A stretch of DNA of 62,789 bases from the NCBI GenBank assembly GCA_016286345.1, contig JAEESL010000003.1, positions 1 through 62,789 of the forward strand, in the 5' to 3' direction. Source of the stretch: Dehalococcoidales bacterium. GTDB lineage: Bacteria > Chloroflexota > Dehalococcoidia > Dehalococcoidales > UBA1222. The translations under genes were made by a program, and so were the position numbers. Below the pieces are notes generated by a model that worked only from the letters and a program-made list of their open reading frames with translations, was not told the DNA's origin and searched no databases. This document shows, one piece after another, positions 47,425-56,463 of this stretch; position 1 is the stretch's first letter; every line of letters begins with the position of its first letter.

Positions 47425-47736
47425 GTTTACGGTAATACCGTAATTGGTAACGATGTGTGGATCGGGCAGAATGCAGTGATTCTTCCCGGAGTAAACATCG
47501 GCGACGGAGCAATCATTGGAGCTAACAGTGTTGTCGGCAGTAATATTTCTCCCTATACCATAGTGGCAGGAAACCCGGCAAATGTCATAAGAAAACGATT
47601 TGATGAAGAATTGATCGATCTGATGCTTCGCTTCAAATGGTGGGATAAAAGAATCACAGAAATCAATGAGCTGATTCCTATCCTGACGTGCAGCGATTTG
47701 GAAAAGGTTAGAGAGGAATTGAAGGCAAAACTATGA
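47425..47736 (+). pseudogene. 5'-truncated Vat/xenobiotic (hexapeptide-repeat) O-acetyltransferase, C-terminal ~100 codons only
   Basis: The frame opens right after a TGA at 47422. It reads VYGNTVIGNDVWIGQNAVILPGVNIGDGAIIGANSVV...GNPANVIRKRF...KWWDK, matching the C-terminal half of ~210-aa Vat-type enzymes. There is no N-terminal half, RBS or ATG. Confidence 0.7.
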
Positions 47737-48254
47737 TCATCCTGATAACAGGTGCATCACACACCGGAAAAACGCTTCTGGCACAAAAGATGCTCGAAAA
47801 ATACAATTATTCGTATCTGTCCATCGATCATCTGAAAATGGGACTGATTCGGAGTGGAAATACCAATCTCACCCCTGAAGACGATGATGAGTTAACAGGG
47901 TATCTTTGGCCAATCGTCCGAGAAATGATAAAGACCGCAATCGAGAATGAGCAAAACCTTATTGTGGAGGGCTGCTATATTCCGTTTGATTGGCGGACGG
48001 ATTTTGATGACAAGTATCTGGGAAACATTCGATTTATATGCCTTGCAATGACGACTAAATACATTGATGTACATTTTGATGAGATAAAAGCACATGCTTC
48101 TGATATTGAATCAAGGTTTGAAGACGAGTATATTACGGTTCAGCAGCTGAGAGAAGATAATCAGGCGTACATTAGGGGCTGCTATGAGAATGGCGAGTCT
48201 GTCGCTCTGATCGACGAGGATTATGAACAAGTAATAGAGCTACTTTTGAAATGA
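47733..48254 (+). CDS. P-loop NTPase/kinase-like protein
   Basis: 173 aa. It has a Walker A motif ITGASHTGKT and IVEG (Walker B-like). An ATGA overlap joins it to the vat remnant. Confidence 0.6.
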   Translation: MIILITGASHTGKTLLAQKMLEKYNYSYLSIDHLKMGLIRSGNTNLTPEDDDELTGYLWPIVREMIKTAIENEQNLIVEGCYIPFDWRTDFDDKYLGNIRFICLAMTTKYIDVHFDEIKAHASDIESRFEDEYITVQQLREDNQAYIRGCYENGESVALIDEDYEQVIELLLK

Positions 48255-48269
48255 CCAACTTCATTGTTC

Positions 48270-48316
48270 AGACAGACCAAGGCTCCCACACTGCCATCAA
48301 GCGGCGGAGGGGAGCC
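48270..48316 (+). repeat. copy A of the AGACAGAC-N-GGCTCCCA[C/A]ACTGCCATCA motif (with local hairpin)
   Basis: AGACAGAC lies at 48270-48277 and GGCTCCCACACTGCCATCA at 48281-48299. GGCTCCC (48281-87) can pair with GGGAGCC (48310-16). The motif starts 16 nt after the stop of the preceding gene. Confidence 0.7.
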
Positions 48317-48335
48317 AAGAAAGAGAGCATAGAAT

Positions 48336-48881
48336 ATGACGTTTGAAACAGAGAGACTCATTCTGCGTCCGTGGGAAGAAACGGATGCTGAGGAATGTTA
48401 TAGATACGCACAAGATCCACAGGTTGGACCAATAGCGGGCTGGGCAGCGCATACCAGTGTTGAAAATAGTAGAGAGATCATAAAAACAGTCTTGTCTGCG
48501 CCGGAAACATATGCCGTGGTACTCAAAACCACTGGATTGCCGGTTGGCAGTATCGGCCTGATGCTCGGCAAAGCAAGCAATATAGGTCTTCCTGATTCTG
48601 AAGGGGAAATCGGCTACTGGATTGGAGTCCCGTATTGGGGACAAGGTCTGATACCGGAAGCGGTCCGGGAGCTAATGAGATACGGCTTTGAAGAGTTGAA
48701 ACTCGAAAAAATGTGGTGCGGATATTTTGATGGAAATGAAAAATCAAAACGCGTTCAGGAAAAATGTGGCTTCCGATATCATCACACGAAGGAAAACGTT
48801 CCTTGTGCCATAGAGGGATTGTTGCGGACAGAGCATATTACTTCTATTACAAAAGAAGAATGGTCGTCAAGTAGTAAATAA
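48336..48881 (+). CDS. GNAT-family N-acetyltransferase (RimJ/RimL-like)
   Basis: 181 aa. It has [18 protein letters not shown], a [12 protein letters not shown] segment, and the N-acyltransferase C-terminal [11 protein letters not shown]. Confidence 0.85.
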   Translation: MTFETERLILRPWEETDAEECYRYAQDPQVGPIAGWAAHTSVENSREIIKTVLSAPETYAVVLKTTGLPVGSIGLMLGKASNIGLPDSEGEIGYWIGVPYWGQGLIPEAVRELMRYGFEELKLEKMWCGYFDGNEKSKRVQEKCGFRYHHTKENVPCAIEGLLRTEHITSITKEEWSSSSK

Positions 48882-48915
48882 AGACAGACGCATCATGGCT
48901 CCCAAACTGCCATCA
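48882..48915 (+). repeat. copy B of the AGACAGAC-N-GGCTCCCA[C/A]ACTGCCATCA motif
   Basis: AGACAGAC lies at 48882-48889 and GGCTCCCAAACTGCCATCA at 48897-48915 (18 of 19 identical to copy A). The motif starts 1 nt after the GNAT stop. Confidence 0.7.
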
Positions 48916-49023
48916 TAGGTAGTAATGAAGCCTCGTTTTATGCTTCGATGTCGATTATGATGCCGGATGGGGGTCATTGTTTTTTTCATGGATTATTAAC
49001 ATTCAAATGTTGGAGGTGTTTTT

Positions 49024-49263
49024 ATGAATAACAAAGGCATTGGTGCAATATTCTGTTTGATCTCAGCCGTTTTAACAAGTGCACGATATATAGCGGCTGC
49101 GACTTTCATGAGTAGTGTGACGAGTTGGGATAGTTCATTGTTTCAAGCTGGATTAAGTTACGTTGGCTCTCCACTGAAAATAACGGCCATGATTGCGCTC
49201 ATTGTAGGCATTTGCTTCTTGGTGTATGGAGTATTACAGGATTTCAAAAAACAGGACAAATGA
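49024..49263 (+). CDS. small membrane protein (2 predicted TM helices)
   Basis: 79 aa with a GGAGGTG RBS 5 nt upstream. It has two hydrophobic stretches and no recognisable family. Confidence 0.5.
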   Translation: MNNKGIGAIFCLISAVLTSARYIAAATFMSSVTSWDSSLFQAGLSYVGSPLKITAMIALIVGICFLVYGVLQDFKKQDK

Positions 49264-49683
49264 AGCACACATTCCAGTTTATCTATTTGTTTCTAAATCA
49301 GTAATTTACTGAGACTGTTTTATTATTTAGGATAAACGAAGGGGCAGAAAAGCATCTTCTGTTGAGTATGATACAGAGGGATGATATATGGTAGCAGACA
49401 CTTTCTAATTATCAATCCGAAATGAATAAAAGAGAACTTGCAGAAAGATACAGAATATGCCATATGGCGGAAAATCAACTAATTATTGGTTTAATGTATA
49501 TCATGTCTTTGGTATAATCAGCCGTGAAGAATATGAGACATTATTAGAGTAATATAGCAAAATCAGATAATTGCTGATTGCCTCGAGTAATACGGCAAAT
49601 AGAAATGCTGAAACCTCGTATTATAATGACATCGTATCCTGAAAAGAAGCGAAGCAGTGTCTGAAGAAAAAAGGAGATGCCGT

Positions 49684-50805
49684 ATGAACAACAGTGTGGA
49701 ACCGGATAAAAGAAAACAAATTCGTATTGGACTAAACAGTTCCTCCCAGGGTATTTCTATGATTGCCCTGATTATCGTAGCTGCTTTTGAGATTATGATG
49801 CTGGGGTATTCGGTCCTAAACGTCGAATTGTACGGGCCTTATCTGTTGAGATATCGTCTATTTTACGCTTCTCTTCTGGTCGTGGCTCTTGCATATATCG
49901 GTTTGAATGTGTTTGTAAAAAGGGATATTGAACGCAGATACATGCTGCTCGAGATTGCAAATCCGGTATGTGCGGTCTTCTTTTTTGGATGGGCCCTTAC
50001 CGTCACATATTTCGACTCGCAAGTCACCGGCGTAGTCGATCCTTCAGTGTTTATGACGTTTTCTATGGTCGTACCACTTGGTTTTTCACTGATACCGTCT
50101 GTTTATGCGGTGATTGTTCTCTTGGCGGATGCCATCATGCTATATCTCATCATATCTGTAAAAGGCATTGATGCGTCGCTCATCAATAGTATTGTTTTTT
50201 TCGTTTTCCAGTTTGTACTGGGCATTGGCTTTTTAATGCTAAAGAAGAAACTGTCAGAACGTATCGTGCAAGAAGAAGATAACGCAAGAATCGACGTTAT
50301 TACGGGCCTTCCTAACAGACGAGTATATGAAGAAGATCTGAAACGAATCAGGGAGGCGCCTTTGCCAGATGATCTGTATTACGTGACCATGGATATCAAT
50401 GGATTGAAGGATATTAATGACAACTATGGCCACGAGACCGGTGATAAGTTGATTGTCGGAGCGGCCCAGTGCATTGAGAAGGGCTTTAGAGATTGGGGGA
50501 AACAGTACAGAATTGGTGGAGATGAGTTCGTAATCCTGCTTTCCGCGAAGCGTGAGAAGGTAGATGAGTTGATTCGTGCTGTTGAAAAAAACACAGAGGA
50601 ATGGTCAAAAGACAACGGCGTCACACTGCAAATTTCCTGTGGTCTTGCCGGTTCTTCCGAATATCCGGGTTATGGAATAACTGAACTCGCCAGAACAGCG
50701 GATGAGATGATGTATGAAGATAAATCTCGGTATTATAGGACGATTGGTAGGGATAGGCGAGGATACCGGCTGAAAACAGCAGATGCGGAAGTGTCTGAAA
50801 ACTAA
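49684..50805 (+). CDS. membrane-anchored diguanylate cyclase (GGDEF)
   Basis: It has about 5-6 N-terminal TM helices, then DVITGLPNRR, NDNYGHETGDKLIV and YRIGGDEFVILL. I prefer the ATG at 49684 (AAGGAGA RBS) over the track's GTG at 49657. There is no RxxD I-site 5 residues upstream of GGDEF. Confidence 0.85.
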   Translation: MNNSVEPDKRKQIRIGLNSSSQGISMIALIIVAAFEIMMLGYSVLNVELYGPYLLRYRLFYASLLVVALAYIGLNVFVKRDIERRYMLLEIANPVCAVFFFGWALTVTYFDSQVTGVVDPSVFMTFSMVVPLGFSLIPSVYAVIVLLADAIMLYLIISVKGIDASLINSIVFFVFQFVLGIGFLMLKKKLSERIVQEEDNARIDVITGLPNRRVYEEDLKRIREAPLPDDLYYVTMDINGLKDINDNYGHETGDKLIVGAAQCIEKGFRDWGKQYRIGGDEFVILLSAKREKVDELIRAVEKNTEEWSKDNGVTLQISCGLAGSSEYPGYGITELARTADEMMYEDKSRYYRTIGRDRRGYRLKTADAEVSEN

Positions 50806-51156
50806 ATTAACTCAGTGAAAGTATGTAGGGAAGACAGAGGGACGCTGCTGTACGAGAATACAGCCATATCAATGAAGTAGCAAAACAGTATTCAGATGAT
50901 ATAGAGCGATATATTGAACAAGTGTCTTCTCTTATCGAATATAATCTATTCAGAAATGGGAATATAGAAGAATCAGCCTATCATAGTATTTCAACAAACG
51001 AAAATCTTGGATATGTTCCTTGCGAACAGATTAGACCTGGATATATTCCGGAATCAAATATATGAACGGCGCGAATACGGTTACATTCTTCGGAGGCGTT
51101 TTATATTGACTGTAGGAAGGCAGATCGGGATTTGTTAAGCCAACCGAGAAAAAGAT

Positions 51157-52308
51157 ATGAAGATCCTGATCGTATGTGGCGACTATTTCAATCAAAGCAA
51201 TGGCCTGTCTCTTTCCACCCAGCGTTTTGTGGAACAGTTTAAACGGCTGGGCGACGAGGTGCGGGTGCTGTCCTCCGATTACGGTGGCATATCGGAGTAT
51301 TCTGTGCCGGTGATGCGTATTCCACTTGTGGATGGTATCATGGATCAGCAGAACTACCATTTTGCCAAACCACTCAGGCAGATCATCCTGGAATCACTTT
51401 CCTGGGCAGAGATTGTGCATATTGAAGACCCGTTCCCTCTCAGCATGGAAACGGCAAAACTGGCCTCTCAAATGGAGCTTCCAATCACAGGCACATTCCA
51501 TCTTTACCCGGAGAATATGACAGCTTCTGTGCCGATCTTTGATTTTCCGCTTTCCAACCGCAATATCATGAATGTGTTCCGCTGGGGCGTCTTTCAATAC
51601 TGCAGTGCCATCCAGTGCCCCACGGAGAAGGTAAGGGAACGGCTGGAAAAATGCGGATATCGTTCAAAACTCTGTGTAATATCCAACGGCATTCCGTCGG
51701 ATATCATCGCTGACCTTCCCAGTACTTCACAAAATGACTGCTTTACGGTCATCAGCGTGGGCCGATATTCCAATGAAAAAGATCAAATGACGCTGATGAA
51801 GGCAATCCTCGCTTGCCACCATGCTGCTGACATCCAGTTGATTCTGGCCGGGAGGGGACCACTTGAAGATCAATACCGGGCGTTTGGGCAGTCTCTGCCC
51901 AACCCGCCAATCATGAGGTTTTACACGCAGAAGGAGCTTTTAAAGGAGGTCCGTCGTGCTGATCTGTATGTGCACTGCGCCAATGTAGAGATCGAAGGCA
52001 TGAGCTGCATGGAATCCTTCGCCCAGGGCACTGTGCCGCTGATCGCTGACAGTGAGTTGTCTTCCACTTCTGCTTACGCCATAACAGAAAAGAACCGGTT
52101 TAAAGCAGGAAATGTGGAGGAACTGGCCAGCAAAATAGATTATTGGTTTGAACATCAGGATGAGCTGCCCACAATGGGCCAAAGATATATTGATTTGGCA
52201 AAAACACTGACCATTGAAGAATCCGCAAAAAAGGTGCGTCATATGATGCTGAATGCCATTCAGGAAAAGAGGCAGTCTGCGTCGTCACGAGGGATATCTC
52301 CCTCATAG
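51157..52308 (+). CDS. GT4-family (group 1) glycosyltransferase
   Basis: 383 aa. It has MKILIVCGDYFNQSNGLS and the C-terminal EGMSCMESFAQGTVPLIAD (E-x7-E-like region). It is markedly GC-richer than the backbone. Confidence 0.8.
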   Translation: MKILIVCGDYFNQSNGLSLSTQRFVEQFKRLGDEVRVLSSDYGGISEYSVPVMRIPLVDGIMDQQNYHFAKPLRQIILESLSWAEIVHIEDPFPLSMETAKLASQMELPITGTFHLYPENMTASVPIFDFPLSNRNIMNVFRWGVFQYCSAIQCPTEKVRERLEKCGYRSKLCVISNGIPSDIIADLPSTSQNDCFTVISVGRYSNEKDQMTLMKAILACHHAADIQLILAGRGPLEDQYRAFGQSLPNPPIMRFYTQKELLKEVRRADLYVHCANVEIEGMSCMESFAQGTVPLIADSELSSTSAYAITEKNRFKAGNVEELASKIDYWFEHQDELPTMGQRYIDLAKTLTIEESAKKVRHMMLNAIQEKRQSASSRGISPS

Positions 52309-52524
52309 TATGGCTGTTTACAATCCATGCCGCGTGGTCCGAACGATGATGGATGCAGATCGAATGGATCGATTTTGCTTTTTGCTTGACTATCATTTTT
52401 AGTCTGTCTGACCAAGTGTCACAGTAAGGATGGAATAAAAACTCTTGTGAAATGACGAGGTTGTGGTATTGTTTGTATATGCGGGGTGTCGTATATATAC
52501 GATGATTGGAGAGATAAGCAAAAT

Positions 52525-55059
52525 ATGAAAAGAACTTTGATTATCATAGCCAATGTGATAATTATGGCTGCTATATTAATCTTTGTGGTTCTCTACTCCA
52601 GGTATGAAAGTGAAGCTTCATACCAGATGCAGATAGCACACTTTGAGAATACAACGGTTACTATGGAGCGCGTTACAGAGAATTATCTGGAAGGCGAGCA
52701 ACGGATATGTGACGTTTGGGCGCAATATATTAATGGTCGGTACATGAGAATAGAAGATGCGACCGAGTATATCCGTAGTTCGCATGTTCTTAAAAACACG
52801 TCTGCGCATCTGATTTCGCTCGATACGCTCACAGGTCTCTCAACACGCTCGAAGCAGGGTACAACAGATGATTACGAAGTTTCTTATGAAGCGTTAGGCT
52901 TTCTGAAAAGTGTTGAGTGGATTGATGAAATAGGTGAATCCATCAATATAACCCGCGCATATACCAATCCGATGAATGGCGAGCAATCACTGGCTTTCTG
53001 CAATAAAATCACATTACTTGATCCAGCAACAAATTCTGAATATCCTGCAGTTCTGCTGAGAGTTATCCCTGTCTCGGAACTGGAACAGAAATGGGTTTTC
53101 CCTCAGACAGAGCTGGTAAAAGCAGAATTATCCATGATTGATGAGAATGGTGATTACATTCTCAAGGGCTCCAGCTTCAAGAACTCTAATTTCTTTGAAT
53201 TCTACAAATCCTATAATACAACGGATCCTGAATCATCGAAGATTCTGATTGATAGCATTACTTCGACGACAGGTTCTGTTTCAATGCTTAATTCACATGG
53301 ACAGGAATGTATACTCGCTTATACCCCTGTTTCAACTACTTCTAACTGGACACTTCTAGGCCTCGTTCCAGCTGAAGACTTAAATGCCAAAAATGGCAAC
53401 TGGGTACTATTCGGGGTGGTTTCGGTCGGCTTACTCGTTTTGTTTCTCAGTGACCTGTTCTATATGATGTATCTCAACAAACGTCTTCAGATGACGGCTG
53501 TAAAGGCTGAATCTGCCAACAAAGCCAAGACAGATTTCCTTTCTACGATGTCCCATGACATCCGTACACCAATGAATGCAATCATAGGATTAACAACGAT
53601 TGCCGAGAAGAATGTCGGAGATGTTGAGTCGACGAAGGAAAGCCTACGGAAAATCAATCTTGCCGGCAATCACCTTTTGACACTTATCAATGATATCCTG
53701 GATATATCGAAGGTGGAAAGCGGCAAACTGAGACTGAACCCACTTACTTTTTCCATAGTGGAAACGGTTGAGAATCTTGTGAATATATCTCAGCCAATGA
53801 TCAAAGAAAAGAATATTGAATTCAGCTTCAATATTAATCAGATTGAAAAGGAATATTTATATGCAGACCAGCTCCGTCTGAATCAAATCTATATAAACAT
53901 CCTTTCAAATGCTATTAAATATACTGAACCTGGTGGACGTGTAGGTGTGAATCTCCGCGAGGAGAAGAGCGACGTGCCTGACTGTGTAAAGCTTACTTAT
54001 GTTGTAACAGATACTGGAATTGGAATGAGTCCGGAATTTATGGAGAATATGTATAAACCATTTTCCAGGCAGGTAGATAGTCGTGTTAACAGCATTCAGG
54101 GAACAGGCCTTGGACTTGCCATAACAAAGCAGATGGTCGATTTGATCGGCGGAACGATAGACTGCCAGAGCGAGCAGGGAAAGGGAACTACATTTACTGT
54201 CGTGCTCGATATTCCTTTGGCTGATAGACAGCGTGAAGATATGCGACTCGAGGCAATAGACGTTCTGATAGTTGACGATGATGAGTCTATGCTTCAGACG
54301 GCGACGGAGACTCTCCAGTCTCTTGGTGCTTCGGCAGAACAGGCAAATAATGGACTTGAAGCCCTTGGAATGATTGATCACAGGCATCAATCTGGCCGAG
54401 ATTATGATGTCATCATAGTTGACTGGAAAATGCCTGACATAGATGGACCTGAAACAATCCGTCGAATCCGTTCGGAGATAGGTACGCATGTTCCGATACT
54501 CCTAATCTCCGCCTACGATTGGTCGGATATTGAAGATAAGGCAAAGGCGGCGGGAGCAAATGGCTTCGTCAGCAAACCTCTTTTCAAGTCCACGCTTTAT
54601 GACAAGATAAATCAGCTGATCGGAAAAGAACCTGAATCACTTGAACCAGAGGATGATTATTCAGATCTGCAGGGCCTGAATATTCTTGTGGCAGAGGATA
54701 ATGATATTAACTGGGAAATCATTTCCGCTATGCTTTCAATGTTTGGCATGACAGCTGACCGTGCAGAAAATGGACGTGTCTGTGTTGATATGATCAGTAC
54801 TGCGGAGGAGGGCAAATATACCCTCATCTTTATGGATATTCAGATGCCCGAAATGAACGGCCTGGATGCGACCAGAACCATACGAAAGCTCGATAATTCC
54901 TGGGCAGCATCGATCCCTATTGTTGCAATGACAGCAGATGCATTTTCAGAAAATGTCATAGAATGTATGGATGCGGGAATGAATGGCCATATCGCAAAAC
55001 CTGTTGATATTAAATTAGTTATTAAAGAAATACGTAGAATTAAGGAGGGTAGGTTGTAA
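52525..55059 (+). CDS. hybrid sensor histidine kinase with two receiver domains
   Basis: It has TM1, a ~270-aa extracytoplasmic domain, TM2, the H-box FLSTMSHDIRTPMNAI, N/G boxes (NAIKYT, DTGIGM, GTGLGLAI), and then two REC domains (VLIVDDDE...DWKMPDIDG and ILVAEDNDIN...DIQMPEMNG). I prefer the ATG at 52525 over the GTG at 52486. Confidence 0.9.
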   Translation: MKRTLIIIANVIIMAAILIFVVLYSRYESEASYQMQIAHFENTTVTMERVTENYLEGEQRICDVWAQYINGRYMRIEDATEYIRSSHVLKNTSAHLISLDTLTGLSTRSKQGTTDDYEVSYEALGFLKSVEWIDEIGESINITRAYTNPMNGEQSLAFCNKITLLDPATNSEYPAVLLRVIPVSELEQKWVFPQTELVKAELSMIDENGDYILKGSSFKNSNFFEFYKSYNTTDPESSKILIDSITSTTGSVSMLNSHGQECILAYTPVSTTSNWTLLGLVPAEDLNAKNGNWVLFGVVSVGLLVLFLSDLFYMMYLNKRLQMTAVKAESANKAKTDFLSTMSHDIRTPMNAIIGLTTIAEKNVGDVESTKESLRKINLAGNHLLTLINDILDISKVESGKLRLNPLTFSIVETVENLVNISQPMIKEKNIEFSFNINQIEKEYLYADQLRLNQIYINILSNAIKYTEPGGRVGVNLREEKSDVPDCVKLTYVVTDTGIGMSPEFMENMYKPFSRQVDSRVNSIQGTGLGLAITKQMVDLIGGTIDCQSEQGKGTTFTVVLDIPLADRQREDMRLEAIDVLIVDDDESMLQTATETLQSLGASAEQANNGLEALGMIDHRHQSGRDYDVIIVDWKMPDIDGPETIRRIRSEIGTHVPILLISAYDWSDIEDKAKAAGANGFVSKPLFKSTLYDKINQLIGKEPESLEPEDDYSDLQGLNILVAEDNDINWEIISAMLSMFGMTADRAENGRVCVDMISTAEEGKYTLIFMDIQMPEMNGLDATRTIRKLDNSWAASIPIVAMTADAFSENVIECMDAGMNGHIAKPVDIKLVIKEIRRIKEGRL

Positions 55060-55061
55060 TC

Positions 55062-56339
55062 ATGAAAAAAACGATTTGTCTATTACTTGCAGCTCTGTTG
55101 AGTCTGAGTTTAGCTGCGTGTAATTCAAAACAAGAGGAAGCCTTTAAGCCAGCACTGGATACTTCCACCACTGCCAAGATTGTAATAGCCGGCGGATACG
55201 ACAATTTTGAAGCATTGGAAACCGAGTTCGATCGTTTCAACGAAGTATATCCGAATGTAGAGCTGGTATATACAAAGGTTGACGACTTTAACAACATGAT
55301 CGGAATAGTGCTGAATGGAAATAATGCACCGGATATTTACTTTAATTATTCTTGGATGTATGGCAGAGAGCAATATAAGGAGTCGATTGAACATGCTGAG
55401 AATCTCGCTGATCCGAAGCTGAAACTTAATCTGGATTGCATAAGAAGTAACATTATTTTGAATACGAGTGATGGTACACTTCCCATGGTCCCGGTTTTTT
55501 CGAATACCTACGGGATGCTCGTGAATAATGCCCTGTTTGAGAAGGAAGGACTTAAGGTCCCGACCACCTATAAAGAGCTGGTCAAAGTGTGCGATGAATT
55601 TCATAAAAAGGGATATGACAATCCGCTGATGGGATATACTCAGAAAGAAACTACTTCAATTTACACTGTTTCTGCGTATCCTTACTTTTGTGAAACTGTA
55701 GCAAATGATAAGGAAGCTGTTAGGAAACTCAATACTTTGGATGCTTCTGCGGGCGAATATATGCGTACTTCCCTTGAAAGACTAACCTATCTTATTAATG
55801 ATGGATGCGTGAATCATAGTGACTGTCTGGACATTAAAGATAACTATGGTGCAGTAATTCTTCGATTCTTTGAAGGTGATGTGCCAATGATGACCTGTTC
55901 CGGAGACACGGTTTCCGGTACAAAGAAAAGAGAAAGTCGTTCAGAGGCATTTATTGCGAATCCGTTTAAATACACCTTTGTGCCAATTCCTATGTCGGAT
56001 AAAGGCATCTCTTTCCTTGATATGCCAAACCTTCAGTTTTCTGTCAATAAAGACAGTGAGAATCTGGAAATGGCCAACGAATTTATGCGTTTCCTTATCT
56101 CGTCACGAGAGCTGAGTGAAATGGCACAGAACAAGGGACTGATGTCGCCAACGAAAGACCTATCCTTCAATAGCATGTATGCTGCATTTGGAAATGTTCC
56201 GGATTCCCGAATCTTTTCTCCGGAAGTGATTGGCCTCTCTGATGACGCGGTTAATCAATTCAGGCGTGCGGCTTTTTCTGTTGGAACAGGCCAAAAGACT
56301 ATAGATGAGATGATTGCCGGCTATGGCAGTCTTGAGTAG
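55062..56339 (+). CDS. extracellular solute-binding lipoprotein (ABC-type sugar SBP family 1)
   Basis: 425 aa with the lipobox LSLAAC. The length and composition are typical of family 1 SBPs. Its start is 2 nt after the kinase stop. Confidence 0.8.
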   Translation: MKKTICLLLAALLSLSLAACNSKQEEAFKPALDTSTTAKIVIAGGYDNFEALETEFDRFNEVYPNVELVYTKVDDFNNMIGIVLNGNNAPDIYFNYSWMYGREQYKESIEHAENLADPKLKLNLDCIRSNIILNTSDGTLPMVPVFSNTYGMLVNNALFEKEGLKVPTTYKELVKVCDEFHKKGYDNPLMGYTQKETTSIYTVSAYPYFCETVANDKEAVRKLNTLDASAGEYMRTSLERLTYLINDGCVNHSDCLDIKDNYGAVILRFFEGDVPMMTCSGDTVSGTKKRESRSEAFIANPFKYTFVPIPMSDKGISFLDMPNLQFSVNKDSENLEMANEFMRFLISSRELSEMAQNKGLMSPTKDLSFNSMYAAFGNVPDSRIFSPEVIGLSDDAVNQFRRAAFSVGTGQKTIDEMIAGYGSLE

Positions 56340-56384
56340 CTACGCATCTAATGCTCATGCTGAATAAGGCAGTTTTAGAACCAA

Positions 56385-56427
56385 CAAAAAACCCGGGAGC
56401 TTCCCCAAGCTCCCGGGTTTTTGTTTT
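56385..56427. terminator. bidirectional rho-independent terminator
   Basis: A-run, then ACCCGGGAGC (56391-56400), loop TTCCCCAA, then GCTCCCGGGT (56409-56418), then TTTTGTTTT. Confidence 0.9.
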
Positions 56428-56463
56428 GCAGATTTTAGGGAAGGAATTCCCAAACAACAAATC

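Noticed and set aside
48266-48316. The repeated GGCTCCCA.ACTGCCATCA motif as integron attC sites.
   Set aside because: There is no GTTRRRY/RYYYAAC core pair, only copy A has a usable inverted repeat, and no intI-type integrase is in the window. It is kept as an unexplained repeat in the findings.
51031-51360. The 109-aa minus-strand ORF overlapping the start of the GT4 gene.
   Set aside because: It overlaps a well-supported glycosyltransferase N-terminus on the opposite strand, has no RBS, and has an unremarkable translation.
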